Shown piece by piece: positions 20,672 to 30,397 of a DNA stretch of 64,000 bases (within the stretch, counting starts at the first letter, position 1; every line of letters begins with the position of its first letter). The DNA comes from Candidatus Doudnabacteria bacterium. GTDB lineage: Bacteria; Patescibacteriota; Doudnabacteria; UBA920. The position numbers were made by a program, and so were the translations under genes. The stretch spans positions 80,284 through 144,283 of the forward strand of contig CAVYGQ010000002.1 in assembly GCA_963768175.1 (NCBI GenBank), read 5' to 3'. The notes beneath the pieces were generated by a model. It searched no databases, was not told where the DNA came from, and saw only the letters and a program-made list of their open reading frames with translations.

Positions 20672-21418
20672 ATGAAGACTATATATATAATGTGGCTTAG
20701 GGAACTTAAGCGCTATTTGCGCTCCCGCTCCAGAATTATAGGCTCGTTGGGGCAGCCGCTGCTTTTTTTGCTGGCTTTGGGCTACGGCCTTGGCGCAACT
20801 TTCCAAAAAGCCGGGGAGGGCAACTATATTAATTTTTTGGCTCCCGGAATTATCGGCATGACCATTATTTTTACTTCCATTTTTTCCGGCATCCAGGTTA
20901 TTTGGGACCGCCAGTTCGGGTTTTTAAAGGAAACCATGGTCGCGCCGGTCTCGCGCTTTAATATTATGATAGGGCGGACTTTGGGCGGGGCAACCATAGC
21001 GACTATCCAGGGGGTCATAGTTTTTTGTCTGGCCTTAATTCCCGGCTTTCGCCCCTATAATTGGGCGCTGGTTTTTCCCGCTATTGTCGTAATGCTTTTG
21101 GTGGGAACCATGTTTACGGCTTTGGGCACGGCCATTGCTTCCCAGCTGGAAGACATGCAGGGTTTCCAGCTGATTATGAATTTTTTGGTCATGCCGCTGT
21201 TCTTTTTGTCCGGCGCGCTGTTTCCGCTTTCGGGCCTGCCGGCGGTTTTAATTGTGATTACCAAGTTTGACCCGCTGTCTTACGGCATAGACGCTTTTAG
21301 GGTGTTGCTTTCCAATTCCGGACATTTTAGTTTAGGCCTTGATATTTCCGTTTTGGCCGTGATTACTCTAATTTTCTTGTCCGTCGGAAGTTATTTGTTT
21401 TCCAAGATACAGATATAG
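20672..21418 (+). CDS. ABC-2 type transporter permease
   Basis: 248 aa; six hydrophobic segments; directly follows the ABC ATPase. Confidence 0.8.
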   Translation: MKTIYIMWLRELKRYLRSRSRIIGSLGQPLLFLLALGYGLGATFQKAGEGNYINFLAPGIIGMTIIFTSIFSGIQVIWDRQFGFLKETMVAPVSRFNIMIGRTLGGATIATIQGVIVFCLALIPGFRPYNWALVFPAIVVMLLVGTMFTALGTAIASQLEDMQGFQLIMNFLVMPLFFLSGALFPLSGLPAVLIVITKFDPLSYGIDAFRVLLSNSGHFSLGLDISVLAVITLIFLSVGSYLFSKIQI

Positions 21419-21506
21419 ATCACAGATACACAGATGAAAACTGATGGCACAGATATAAAACACAAAGCATTCCGAATTACACGGGATGCTTTTTTATTTC
21501 AGGTTT

Positions 21507-21640
21507 ATGTGGCGGTTGCTTGAGGACAGCCCTCTGGCATCAAAACTATGATGTTATAAAAACAATTAATGAATGCTGCGCGATCATCTTTTGAAAGCCG
21601 GATTTGGGCCAGAGGACTGTCCTCAAGCGCGTGACCTTAG
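21507..21640. repeat. long hairpin element with arms TTGAGGACAGCCCTCTGGC / GCCAGAGGACTGTCCTCAAGC
   Basis: About 20-bp inverted arms around a ~67-nt loop; the same arm sequence recurs at 29258-29330. Confidence 0.5.
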
Positions 21641-21689
21641 CCGTACTAAAAAGTTGGAAATTTATCGTTTAAATTGTTATGATTAATGT

Positions 21690-23039
21690 ATGGGAAAGGG
21701 AAAAAAGTTTTATGCGGTTTTAGTCATTGCCGCTTACTTAAGCGCGGGCTTTTATGCGGCGCCGATTTTCGCGCAGGTTTCCGGTAGTTCTTCGGACTCC
21801 GCGGCGGTACAGCAGCAGCTTCAGCAGCAGCTTCAGCAGATAGAAAATCAAATCCAGGGGCTGCAGCAGCAGTTGGCGCAGACGCAGGCGCAAAAAAACA
21901 CTTTGGCCAATAAAATTAAGCAGCTAAAAAAGCAGCAGGCGCTTTTGAATTTGCAGATTCAGGCCACAAACTTGCAGGTCAGCCAGCTGGGCGACCAAAT
22001 TACGGCCACCCAAAATTCCATAACGCAAAACAATGCCCAAGTCCAGAATCTGCAAAACCAGATTGCCGGCGTAATCCAGGCCATAAACCAAAATGACAAT
22101 TACCCGTTTATATATACCGCGCTTAGCCAGCAAAGACTTTCCGATGTTTTTACGGTTTACCAAGACTACGCTCAAGTTTCCCAAGGTTTGAGCTCGCTTA
22201 TAGACCAGCTCAATTCGGCCAATACCCAGCTTGCCCAGCAGCAGCAGGCTTTAGCCGACCAGCAGCAGGGGGCGCAAAATTTACTGTCTATAAAAATTTT
22301 GCAGCAAAATCAGCTGACGGGAAGCGTTAATGACCAAAACATTTTGCTTTCGCAGACCAAAGGCAGGGAGGCGGACTATCAGGCAACCCTTAGTGATACG
22401 CAGGCGCAGGCTGTTGCCATCCGCAGCCGTTTGTATCAGTTGCTCGGCGTATCAACCCAAATTACTTTTGGCCAGGCGGTGCAAATTGCCCAGTGGACAA
22501 AAGGCTCTACCGGTATTGACCCGGCTTTTTTGCTGGCGATTTTAACCCAGGAATCCAATCTTGGGCAGAATGTCGGTACTTGCAACCGGCCCGGGGATCC
22601 GCCAAGTAAAAGTTATAAAGTTGTGATGAATTCCACGCGGGACATTCCGCCGTTTTTGCAAATTACCCAAAGCCTTGGGATGGATCCGGATATTACTCCC
22701 GTGTCGTGCCCCATGAAAGATTCCAAAGGAAACCAAATCGGCTGGGGCGGGGCCATGGGACCGGCGCAGTTCATTCCTTCCACCTGGGTCGGCTATAAAG
22801 ACAAGGTTGCTCAGCTGACCGGCCACAGCCCTGCTAACCCGTGGGACATCCGCGACGCTTTCGCCGCCGCCGCCATAAAACTGACTTCCAATGGGGCCGA
22901 CGGGACTTATCAGGGGGAGTGGAACGCGGCCATGCGCTATTTTTCCGGTTCCACGAATTCCAAGTATAGCTTTTATGGAGACAGTGTTATGCAGACAACG
23001 GCCAAGTATCAGAGCGACATCAGCGCTTTATCCAAGTGA
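21690..23039 (+). CDS. secreted coiled-coil protein with a C-terminal lytic transglycosylase-like domain
   Basis: Signal/TM N-terminus, Gln-rich heptad region, C-terminal LTQESNLGQN ... AMGPAQFIPSTW. Confidence 0.65.
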   Translation: MGKGKKFYAVLVIAAYLSAGFYAAPIFAQVSGSSSDSAAVQQQLQQQLQQIENQIQGLQQQLAQTQAQKNTLANKIKQLKKQQALLNLQIQATNLQVSQLGDQITATQNSITQNNAQVQNLQNQIAGVIQAINQNDNYPFIYTALSQQRLSDVFTVYQDYAQVSQGLSSLIDQLNSANTQLAQQQQALADQQQGAQNLLSIKILQQNQLTGSVNDQNILLSQTKGREADYQATLSDTQAQAVAIRSRLYQLLGVSTQITFGQAVQIAQWTKGSTGIDPAFLLAILTQESNLGQNVGTCNRPGDPPSKSYKVVMNSTRDIPPFLQITQSLGMDPDITPVSCPMKDSKGNQIGWGGAMGPAQFIPSTWVGYKDKVAQLTGHSPANPWDIRDAFAAAAIKLTSNGADGTYQGEWNAAMRYFSGSTNSKYSFYGDSVMQTTAKYQSDISALSK

Positions 23040-23046
23040 GCATGGT

Positions 23047-23085
23047 AAAACAGGGGACACCTCTTCCAGAGGTGTCCCCTGTTTT
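23047..23085. terminator. bidirectional terminator (perfect 18-bp stem)
   Basis: AAAACAGGGGACACCTCT-TCC-AGAGGTGTCCCCTGTTTT between convergent genes. Confidence 0.65.
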
Positions 23086-23094
23086 GGTGATAAA

Positions 23095-24198
23095 TTAGCG
23101 TTGTTTTATGCGGACCCAAACATGCTGCCACCACAGTGAGGCGTGGTCAAAGTAAGGGTGCGAACTTGGCACGTATTGCCAAAGAGCCCAGGCCGCTATC
23201 GCAATAAAGGCCAGCCAGGTCAAAGATCCAAAAAATCCGTGGTGATGGCAGCAGGGCTTTTGGCCTTCTTGGTAAGCGTGCCACCTTGCGGCTTTAATCG
23301 GCCACAGCACAAAGCTTAAGATGCAAAACCAAGCCAGTATGGCAATCCAAAGCGGAATGGAAGCCGGCAGAAGTAACCCAAAAACCATGCCGTGTTTTAT
23401 TATACTAACCAGGCCAAAAAGCCAAATTATTGAAAGTATCGTAATCAGTAATCCCAAAAAAGGCGTGGGAAAGCGGTGATGGTTTTCGGCATAATATTGG
23501 GCTTTGGCCGCCCATTTTTCCTGCCTCATTCTTTCCCTGGTCTGATGGCGATTTTCCCTGGCTTCTTTTCGCCACTTCCTGAATTCACTTCTCCATTTAT
23601 TTCTTTCGTCTTTATCGGAAAATCTAGCATACTCTTCTTTGGCGCGGTTAACCAGATCCTGGGCGGTAAAGGGTTGGCCGAAAGCAGCGGCAAATTCCGC
23701 CGGATTTTTGGCTGACGGCAGGACTATTGCCATAATAATATAAACCACAATCCCGATGCCGTGTGTTATTAAAACCAACAAAACGAACGCGAGCCTGACC
23801 AACGTGACATCCATATTAAAGTAAGCGGCCAATCCCGTGCACACGCCGCTTATCATTGCGCCTTCGCGGATTTTATATAATTTTTTAACAGTCGAAGAGG
23901 TTTTTGGCGCTTCCTGGTTTTGACTACCGGCTGGTTCATCCGTGGTAGCCTGCACCGGACCCATTTCCTTTATAACTTCTTCAACTTCTTTTTCTACAAC
24001 CACTGTCTTACCCGAATTTAAAAACCTGCCGAACTTTTCGCCCAAAGACTGCTCCAAATCGGAAATTATTTCGGTCTTGTCGGGATCTTGGGCAAGTTTT
24101 GTTTCGGCTTCATCCAAATACGCGCGCAGTTTGTTGTAGCCCGGCTCTTCCAGCTGGAAGGCCCGCCCGTGCAAATGTATGGTAATTACTTTGTTCAT
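23095..24198 (-). CDS. PspC domain-containing membrane protein
   Basis: GAMISGVCTGLAAYFNMDVTLVRLAFVLLVL PspC motif; C-terminal membrane domain. Confidence 0.75.
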   Translation of the reverse strand: MNKVITIHLHGRAFQLEEPGYNKLRAYLDEAETKLAQDPDKTEIISDLEQSLGEKFGRFLNSGKTVVVEKEVEEVIKEMGPVQATTDEPAGSQNQEAPKTSSTVKKLYKIREGAMISGVCTGLAAYFNMDVTLVRLAFVLLVLITHGIGIVVYIIMAIVLPSAKNPAEFAAAFGQPFTAQDLVNRAKEEYARFSDKDERNKWRSEFRKWRKEARENRHQTRERMRQEKWAAKAQYYAENHHRFPTPFLGLLITILSIIWLFGLVSIIKHGMVFGLLLPASIPLWIAILAWFCILSFVLWPIKAARWHAYQEGQKPCCHHHGFFGSLTWLAFIAIAAWALWQYVPSSHPYFDHASLWWQHVWVRIKQR

Positions 24199-24551
24199 AG
24201 GGTTGGGTTTTTAATAGTTAAATCTAATCGGTTCCAATAATCAATTAAACTTTTCAACTGCTCCTGCCCTTTGGCCGTGAGACGGTAATATTTGCGCGGC
24301 GGCCCGGCCTCACTTTCCACCCACTCGTATTCTACCGCGCCTTCCCTGCGGAGCCGGCTGAGCAGGGGATACAAAGTTCCTTCCTGGGTGGCAAATTCGG
24401 TTTTACTAAGTTTCTGTAAAATATCCGCCGCGTAAACTTGGGCTTGGCTAATAATTTTTAAAACCACCAGTTCCAGCAGGCCTTTACGGATTGGTCCTAA
24501 TTTTTCTTGGATGTCCATACAATATGCTACCTTTCTATATAAAGGTAGCAT
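24195..24551 (-). CDS. PadR family transcriptional regulator
   Basis: LLELVVLKII ... GTLYPLLSRLRREGAVEYEW winged-helix PadR signature; overlaps the start of the PspC gene. Confidence 0.85.
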   Translation of the reverse strand: MLPLYRKVAYCMDIQEKLGPIRKGLLELVVLKIISQAQVYAADILQKLSKTEFATQEGTLYPLLSRLRREGAVEYEWVESEAGPPRKYYRLTAKGQEQLKSLIDYWNRLDLTIKNPTL

Positions 24552-24644
24552 ATCATAAAAATGTAGTCAAGTATTAATTCCGTTAGCTATGTGGATATTA
24601 AAAAACCTCTTATAAATATAAGAAATTTTTCTATCTAAACTGGC

Positions 24645-25886
24645 TTAAATTTGGTTTGGAATTTGGGATTTTTTATTTTTTATTATTTGCCATGCTCCAA
24701 TACCGGCCGCTATTAAAGCGGCAACCCCACCTACCACCAAGCCCCACCTGGGGCCTGCGTGCTCGCCGATAAAGCCGATAATCGGCCCGCCAATGGGGGT
24801 GGAGCCTAAAAACGCCATAGTCCATAAAGACATAACCCGGCCGCGCATGCTGGGCTCGCTTTCCAATTGCAGGGTTGTATTTCCGATTGACGTGAAGTTT
24901 ATGGAGAAAAATCCGACAAGCATCAGGGCCGCCAGGGCCAGGGTAAAGGAAGGCGCAATGGCGGCTAAAAGCATAGTAGCGCCAAACAGCCAAGCCGCGT
25001 TGACCAGCATACCGGGTTTGATTTTTTTCCGGCTGGCGGTATAAAGGCCGCCGGCTATGGAGCCAAGCCCCATGGCAACGGTCAAGGCGGCGTAAGTGCC
25101 CGCATTGCCGTGAAAGGTAAACTGGGCGACCAGCGGCAAAATTATGTTGAATTCATAAGTCAGGGTGCCGATTATGGCCATCATCAGCAAAGTTTCCCGT
25201 AAAATTTTATTGGATTTAATATAGCGGAAGCCTTCCGTAAGCTGGCCTTTTTTACGTTCGGCCATTGGAGCCGGGTTAAGTTGTTCGGCGGTCATCATAA
25301 ACAGGGCAAATAGCACGGCAATAAAAGACAGGGCATTGATAAAAAAACACGGCGCTAACCCCAAACCGGCAATAATTCCGCCGCCAATAGCCGGACCGAT
25401 GACACGGGCCAGATTTACCTGAGTGGAATTTAAGGAGATAGCGTTTTGCAGGCTGTCCTTGCCCACCATTTCAAAAATAAAAGTTTGGCGGGTGGGGTTG
25501 TCTATGGTATTAACAGAGCCGAGCAATACGGCCAAAACATAAACCATCCATAATTGGACGCTTGCCGTAGCTACCAAAATTCCCAAAATTAGTGCCAAAA
25601 TTGCCGAAGCGCTTTGGGTAAAGTATAAAAGTTTGCGTTTGTTAAATAAGTCGGCGACAATGCCGCCAAACGGGGCAAAAAATAGCATCGGCAAAAATTG
25701 CGCGGCGGTAATAAGCCCCAGCTGGGTGCCGGAATTGGTCATTTTTAAAACCAGCCAGGTTTGCCCAATGGTCTGCATCCAGGTGCCGCATAAAGAAACC
25801 GCTTGGCCAAAAAAATACAGGCGATAATTGCGGATTTTTAGGGAGGCAAAAGTTTGATGGCCGATTTTTTTTATTTTATGGTGCAT
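24645..25886 (-). CDS. MFS transporter
   Basis: 413 aa, 12 predicted TM segments, GxxxDxxxKRK-like loop motif. Confidence 0.8.
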   Translation of the reverse strand: MHHKIKKIGHQTFASLKIRNYRLYFFGQAVSLCGTWMQTIGQTWLVLKMTNSGTQLGLITAAQFLPMLFFAPFGGIVADLFNKRKLLYFTQSASAILALILGILVATASVQLWMVYVLAVLLGSVNTIDNPTRQTFIFEMVGKDSLQNAISLNSTQVNLARVIGPAIGGGIIAGLGLAPCFFINALSFIAVLFALFMMTAEQLNPAPMAERKKGQLTEGFRYIKSNKILRETLLMMAIIGTLTYEFNIILPLVAQFTFHGNAGTYAALTVAMGLGSIAGGLYTASRKKIKPGMLVNAAWLFGATMLLAAIAPSFTLALAALMLVGFFSINFTSIGNTTLQLESEPSMRGRVMSLWTMAFLGSTPIGGPIIGFIGEHAGPRWGLVVGGVAALIAAGIGAWQIIKNKKSQIPNQI

Positions 25887-26077
25887 GGTTTATTTTAAAA
25901 TATCCCAAAATTTATATTTTGGATATGTGCTCATTTTATTTTAACGCAAAAACTAAAAAACTTCAATAAGCACGGGGTTGATTTTTTGCAGATAAAAAGC
26001 TATAATTAAGGTAATTAAATTTTATTTAAAAGGTCTTAAGGCAACCTTTAAAATTAATTTTTTAGTTTGTCAATAAT

Positions 26078-26479
26078 ATGTTAAAAGGATTTAAGGATTT
26101 TATTTTGCGCGGCAACGTGGTGGATTTGGCCGTAGGCGTGGTTATGGGCGCGGCTTTCGGCACGGTAGTTGCCGCCATTGTCAAAGATCTGTTAACTCCG
26201 CTGGTCGGAGCCATAGCCAAGGTCCCGAATTTTTCCAATTTGGCGTTTACCATAAACGGCAGCAAGTTTATGTACGGCGATTTTGTTAACGCGCTAATCG
26301 CGTTTTTGCTGGTCGCGGTTTCGGTGTATTTTTTTGTGGTGCTGCCCGTTAACACTTTAATGGCCAAGGTCAAAAGAAATCCGCCGAGCGATCCGACCAC
26401 AAAAAAGTGCCCGCAGTGTCTAAGTGAAATCCCCATTGGCGCCAAGCGCTGCGCTTTTTGTTCCCAGCCGCTTATTTAA
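26078..26479 (+). CDS. mscL: large-conductance mechanosensitive channel with a C-terminal zinc-ribbon tail
   Basis: MLKGFKDFILRGNVVDLAVGVVMGAAFG MscL N-terminus; C-terminal KKCPQCLSEIPIGAKRCAFCSQ. Confidence 0.85.
   Translation: MLKGFKDFILRGNVVDLAVGVVMGAAFGTVVAAIVKDLLTPLVGAIAKVPNFSNLAFTINGSKFMYGDFVNALIAFLLVAVSVYFFVVLPVNTLMAKVKRNPPSDPTTKKCPQCLSEIPIGAKRCAFCSQPLI
26390..26463. repeat. 74-bp direct repeat copy 1 (inside the mscL 3' end)
   Basis: 73/74 identical to 29156-29229. Confidence 0.9.
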
Positions 26480-26541
26480 AAGAACTATAAAAAGCACCCC
26501 GGTAAATATAGAGGCGCTTTTTAAATGCTTAATGAGGTTTC

Positions 26542-27216
26542 CTACTCGTTTGAATAGACTGCAAAAGCTAAACTGGTCTCTGCCATATAGAAGTCGTTTG
26601 CGTATTTTTGGTAATCACTCGCTGCGCATTCCCCCTGCAAAATAACCAGCAAATTATTTTGCCCTTTATAGCCGTAATATCGGGAAATGTAATCCGCACC
26701 ATCATCGCCTTTGTATTGAATTATTGCGTCTAAAGCATTGACGTTTTGGGAAGATATAACCCGTTGGTTTAAAATTTTTAAACTTTTTGAATCATAGGTT
26801 TGATGGATTAAATTATCCATCATTTGAGCGGGGGTCTGGCCGTTATCCATCGGGGTTACGGCAATGTAAATGCGCGGTGCTGGCTCTTGCCCCGGGCCTT
26901 TAAAATATCCAATCTGTTCAACTTCTCCCGCTTTGGGCAAGTGGTCGCCCGTTTGGTTTACGGCGTGCCAGTCTTTATTGAGGAATATTGTAAAGTGGAA
27001 TTCTCTTAGGGGCGACAAATCATCGTTGTAACTTAGGTAATGCTGGGTTGCATAATCTTGCGGGATGTCTAATGTGAGAGGGTATTGTTCTTGGTTCATA
27101 TTTTGATTTTGGTTGTTTTGTGAAGGTTGTGATAGCGAAGATGTATTTGAGGCGGATTTATTACACCCCGCCCCCATAATAAAAATCAATGGAAGTGTTA
27201 AAAGTATTTTTTTCAT
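26542..27216 (-). CDS. lipoprotein, function unknown
   Basis: MKKILLTLPLIFIMGAGC lipobox; Gln/Asn-rich linker. Confidence 0.5.
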   Translation of the reverse strand: MKKILLTLPLIFIMGAGCNKSASNTSSLSQPSQNNQNQNMNQEQYPLTLDIPQDYATQHYLSYNDDLSPLREFHFTIFLNKDWHAVNQTGDHLPKAGEVEQIGYFKGPGQEPAPRIYIAVTPMDNGQTPAQMMDNLIHQTYDSKSLKILNQRVISSQNVNALDAIIQYKGDDGADYISRYYGYKGQNNLLVILQGECAASDYQKYANDFYMAETSLAFAVYSNE

Positions 27217-27374
27217 TTGGTTGTAATTTAACCACCTTGCTTATATTATATAATTTTCGTGATAAATATGCAAAATTATTTGGGGATAACATAAAATGAT
27301 TTTACGGGAAAAGGTGTTATAATAAGCTTAAATAAGATTATTTATAACAAGAAATAAATAATAATGGGAAAAAG

Positions 27375-27905
27375 ATGATCTCTTATTTCATCCCATTTTT
27401 AGCAGTTGTAGTCTTTATTTTGGTAATTTTCATTATAAGGCGCCATTACATTGCTAAAGCGGAAAGAATTAAGTCAGCCCCGTTTAATCTACCCGCAGTT
27501 ATTCCCGATGAAGGGGTAGAAGTTCCTATCTATGCAGCCGGTGGGACCTTAAAAAATACCGGACTTTTAGGGTATTCTTCAAATAATATTTCAGTCAAAT
27601 TAAAACTTTTCCCTGATTATATAAATTATAAAGTAACCACAACCAGCAAAAAAAATTATGGGAATATTGAACAAGTAAACGTCATTAAAATTGATGGGGC
27701 ATATAAAGGGCTTTCTTTTTTCCCTAGGTTATTGACCGGTATGCCTTATGATGAAGCCATATTACTGACATTTAATAATGATATTCGCGGGTTAAGCTTT
27801 TATCCATATTCGCAAGACATTACTATAAAGCTTCTGCAATTTTTTAGGCAAAAAGGCGTGCGCTTATCTGATGCGGCTAATAGCTTGGTTGAGAATGCCA
27901 AGTAG
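27375..27905 (+). CDS. hypothetical membrane-anchored protein
   Basis: 176 aa with one N-terminal TM segment. Confidence 0.4.
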   Translation: MISYFIPFLAVVVFILVIFIIRRHYIAKAERIKSAPFNLPAVIPDEGVEVPIYAAGGTLKNTGLLGYSSNNISVKLKLFPDYINYKVTTTSKKNYGNIEQVNVIKIDGAYKGLSFFPRLLTGMPYDEAILLTFNNDIRGLSFYPYSQDITIKLLQFFRQKGVRLSDAANSLVENAK

Positions 27906-27956
27906 GGGTATAATGAATTTGCAAGGTAGTAAAAAAACAATATAAAAAACTAAAAA

Positions 27957-28802
27957 TTGATTAATTTTATGCTAAAAAACATTTTTTATATTAGCCTTGC
28001 CATAGCTATTGCTGATATAATCGCATTCTTTTATTTTACTTCCCGGTCCTATCAGCTCAGTCACACACAATGGTTTGCGGGTTTTTCAGAGACCATTACT
28101 ACCTTGGGTATACTTGGCGTGTTGTTATTGTGGTGGATTGTTTATTTTATTTTAACCAAGGATTTTGCCGGCATCTGGGTATCGTTGATTTTGTTGTTGA
28201 TCGTAGGAGGCTACTTCGTTAACTATCAGTTACAGACCAGCGCACAAAAAAATCAGGAAAAAACCGACAAATTAGCCTGGTTGGCTAAAGCGGAAAATAA
28301 GGAATATGTTTCAGATAAACTTGGTATTTCTTTTAAGTATATTTCTGAAAGTGAGTTTGGTGGAAAGGTAAGCATTCGGGAAGATGGGGATGTTATTACG
28401 GTTACTTCAGAAAAAGGCCAATATGATGGCGGAGCCTTAAAAGTTTTTACCAAGGACGCCAAAACTAGCTTATTTGATTATTTGCAAATAAAATATGGCA
28501 AACTTTACCCAAATTGCCGTTTTAGCCAGTTTGTTACGGATAATTTGAATGGTTGGACACCACATTTCCCAGAGAATTATTCCATTGTGGTAATGTATAG
28601 AAAAATATCGGAAGATGATTGTCCTAAGATTGGCGTTGAAGTGGAACACCAAACAAGCATTCAAAATTATTTTATTTTGGACAACAATCACCCTGCCAAA
28701 TATATATTTCTGTCGCTGCCTGATTATCCAATAGAGGCCTATAAACCAAAAAGTGAACAGGATTTCCCGCCAAAATGGTTTGAGACTATTGTTTTTAAAT
28801 AA
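27957..28802 (+). CDS. hypothetical membrane protein
   Basis: 281 aa, three N-terminal TM segments plus a soluble domain. Confidence 0.4.
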   Translation: MINFMLKNIFYISLAIAIADIIAFFYFTSRSYQLSHTQWFAGFSETITTLGILGVLLLWWIVYFILTKDFAGIWVSLILLLIVGGYFVNYQLQTSAQKNQEKTDKLAWLAKAENKEYVSDKLGISFKYISESEFGGKVSIREDGDVITVTSEKGQYDGGALKVFTKDAKTSLFDYLQIKYGKLYPNCRFSQFVTDNLNGWTPHFPENYSIVVMYRKISEDDCPKIGVEVEHQTSIQNYFILDNNHPAKYIFLSLPDYPIEAYKPKSEQDFPPKWFETIVFK

Positions 28803-28816
28803 TTTTTAATAATCCA

Positions 28817-29041
28817 ATGAAAAAGATATTATTGTTTTCCAGCATTAGCGCGGTTGTGGTGTTTGCTGTCAGCTATGTTATTTTTTACCGTTCTTTGCTT
28901 TTACAGCAGCCTAAAAATGGCGTTTTTCCGGAAAATTTTACCTCTAATCCGCCGTCATCCGCTTGGCTTCCGGCGTTGCCGTATGCAATAGTTGTTTTTA
29001 TACTAGTTTTTTTGATTATGTGGTTGTTAAGCCGTAAATAA
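28817..29041 (+). CDS. small membrane protein
   Basis: 74 aa, two TM segments. Confidence 0.3.
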   Translation: MKKILLFSSISAVVVFAVSYVIFYRSLLLQQPKNGVFPENFTSNPPSSAWLPALPYAIVVFILVFLIMWLLSRK

Positions 29042-29149
29042 AATATATGGACAAAGCGGCTGATAGCAGTATTTGGAATGCGTTTGTCGCAAGCATAAAA
29101 ATAAAATAAAAGATGGCAGTAATTTTTATGGGATTTTAAAGAGTCAACT

Positions 29150-29248
29150 ATGGCTGATCCGGCCACAAAAAAGTGCCCGCAGTGTCTAAGTGAAATCCCC
29201 ATTGGCGCCAAGCGCTGCGCTTTTTGTTCGCAACAATTAACCGTATAA
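29150..29248 (+). CDS. orphan zinc-ribbon peptide (32 aa) duplicating the mscL tail
   Basis: MADPATKKCPQCLSEIPIGAKRCAFCSQQLTV; lies on the second copy of the 74-bp repeat. Confidence 0.35.
   Translation: MADPATKKCPQCLSEIPIGAKRCAFCSQQLTV
29156..29229. repeat. 74-bp direct repeat copy 2
   Basis: Near-identical to 26390-26463. Confidence 0.9.
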
Positions 29249-29257
29249 TGTATAATT

Positions 29258-29330
29258 AGAGCAGCGAGTTGAGGACAGTCCTCTGGTTTCAATAGCGCTT
29301 CGTATTAGAGGACTGCCCTCAACCATATTT
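29258..29330. repeat. hairpin element of the TTGAGGACAG family
   Basis: GTTGAGGACAGTCCTCTGG-loop-AGAGGACTGCCCTCAAC. Confidence 0.5.
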
Positions 29331-29410
29331 TATTTACCCCGTTAGAAGTTCAAACATTTAAATAAGAAGTTTCTAAAGAGGAAATAAAATTCTAAAATTA
29401 ATTTAAAAAT

Positions 29411-29656
29411 ATGAATACTTTCAACGGGGTGAGCAAACAAAAAAGCTTAGTCATTTTAGGAGCAGTTTTGGGTATTGTATTTTTTATCATCGGTTTTATT
29501 TACGCCACGCATCCGGCAGGCAGCTTGCCGACATTTTTTCCGGGCTATTCCATTGCGGCAACCGACATCCACACCAAACACAGCATCGCCGCCTTCATTG
29601 CCGGAGTCGCCTGTTTTATTTTTGCCTGGTTTAAAAGCGGCCCGAAGAAAAGTTAA
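29411..29656 (+). CDS. small membrane protein
   Basis: 81 aa, two TM segments. Confidence 0.4.
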   Translation: MNTFNGVSKQKSLVILGAVLGIVFFIIGFIYATHPAGSLPTFFPGYSIAATDIHTKHSIAAFIAGVACFIFAWFKSGPKKS

Positions 29657-29734
29657 ATATATAGAAAAATAACCCTGTTTCTGTTTCTTGCTAGAGGCGG
29701 GGTTATTTTTGGTGTATATATGGTCTTATTGAAA

Positions 29735-30376
29735 TTATACTCCCAGATCCCTTGTCCTGCTGGGGTGTTGCATCTTTCTTAATGCTTTAGCCTCAATCTG
29801 TCTTATTCTCTCTGTACTTACATCAAAATCTTCGGCAACCTCTTTTAAAGTGTGTTCCTTTTCATAGGGAGGCAAGCCATGACGCATTCTTAATATTTTT
29901 TCTTCACGCGGTTTTAGAGTTTTTAGTGCCCTATCAAGCTTTTGTGCTAACTCCTGTCTTTCCGCTAATAAGTGGGGGTTAGACGCGGGGGAGGGATCAA
30001 TAGTTTCGTCGGCTTCTTTGAGTGTTACATAATCTTTTTCAGGAATTTTGAAAGGATTTTTAGCTTTGCTTCTATAGTGCCTTGAAATCCAGTTTAACAC
30101 CTGCCCTTTTAGATATTCAGCAACATAACTTTCTATTTGATTGTCTGCCAGGCTAAAGTCAATATTTGGGTTTCTAAGTAAAGCCAAAAAGACGTTTTGA
30201 ACCAAATCTTCCGCGAGCTCCGGTCTGTCGGTTTCTATGGGAGGTACTTTTTTAAGCAATAATAAAGTAGTGGCAAACTTAATATATTGTGCTCGTTTTC
30301 TTTCAAACAAGGCTCCAAGTTGCCTTTCGTATTCATTATTAATTTTTTCTTGACCTCCCGATAGTATTTCGTCCAT
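29735..30376 (-). CDS. sigma-70 family RNA polymerase sigma factor (short alternative sigma)
   Basis: Region 4 [36 protein letters not shown] closely parallels rpoD region 4. Confidence 0.65.
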   Translation of the reverse strand: MDEILSGGQEKINNEYERQLGALFERKRAQYIKFATTLLLLKKVPPIETDRPELAEDLVQNVFLALLRNPNIDFSLADNQIESYVAEYLKGQVLNWISRHYRSKAKNPFKIPEKDYVTLKEADETIDPSPASNPHLLAERQELAQKLDRALKTLKPREEKILRMRHGLPPYEKEHTLKEVAEDFDVSTERIRQIEAKALRKMQHPSRTRDLGV

Positions 30377-30397
30377 AAAGATAGATTTAAAATTAAA

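Noticed and set aside
26062-29292. Minus-strand ORFs 26062-26445 and 28885-29292 that share the peptide APMGISLRHCGHFFV
   Set aside because: They are antisense readings of the duplicated 74-bp mscL-tail repeat, overlap well-supported plus-strand genes, and have no motifs; I treat them as spurious.
29735-30376. Anti-sigma/sigma pair or ECF sigma with a cognate anti-sigma
   Set aside because: Only the sigma-70-family gene is recognisable. The neighbouring small membrane ORF (29411-29656) is on the opposite strand and has no anti-sigma features.
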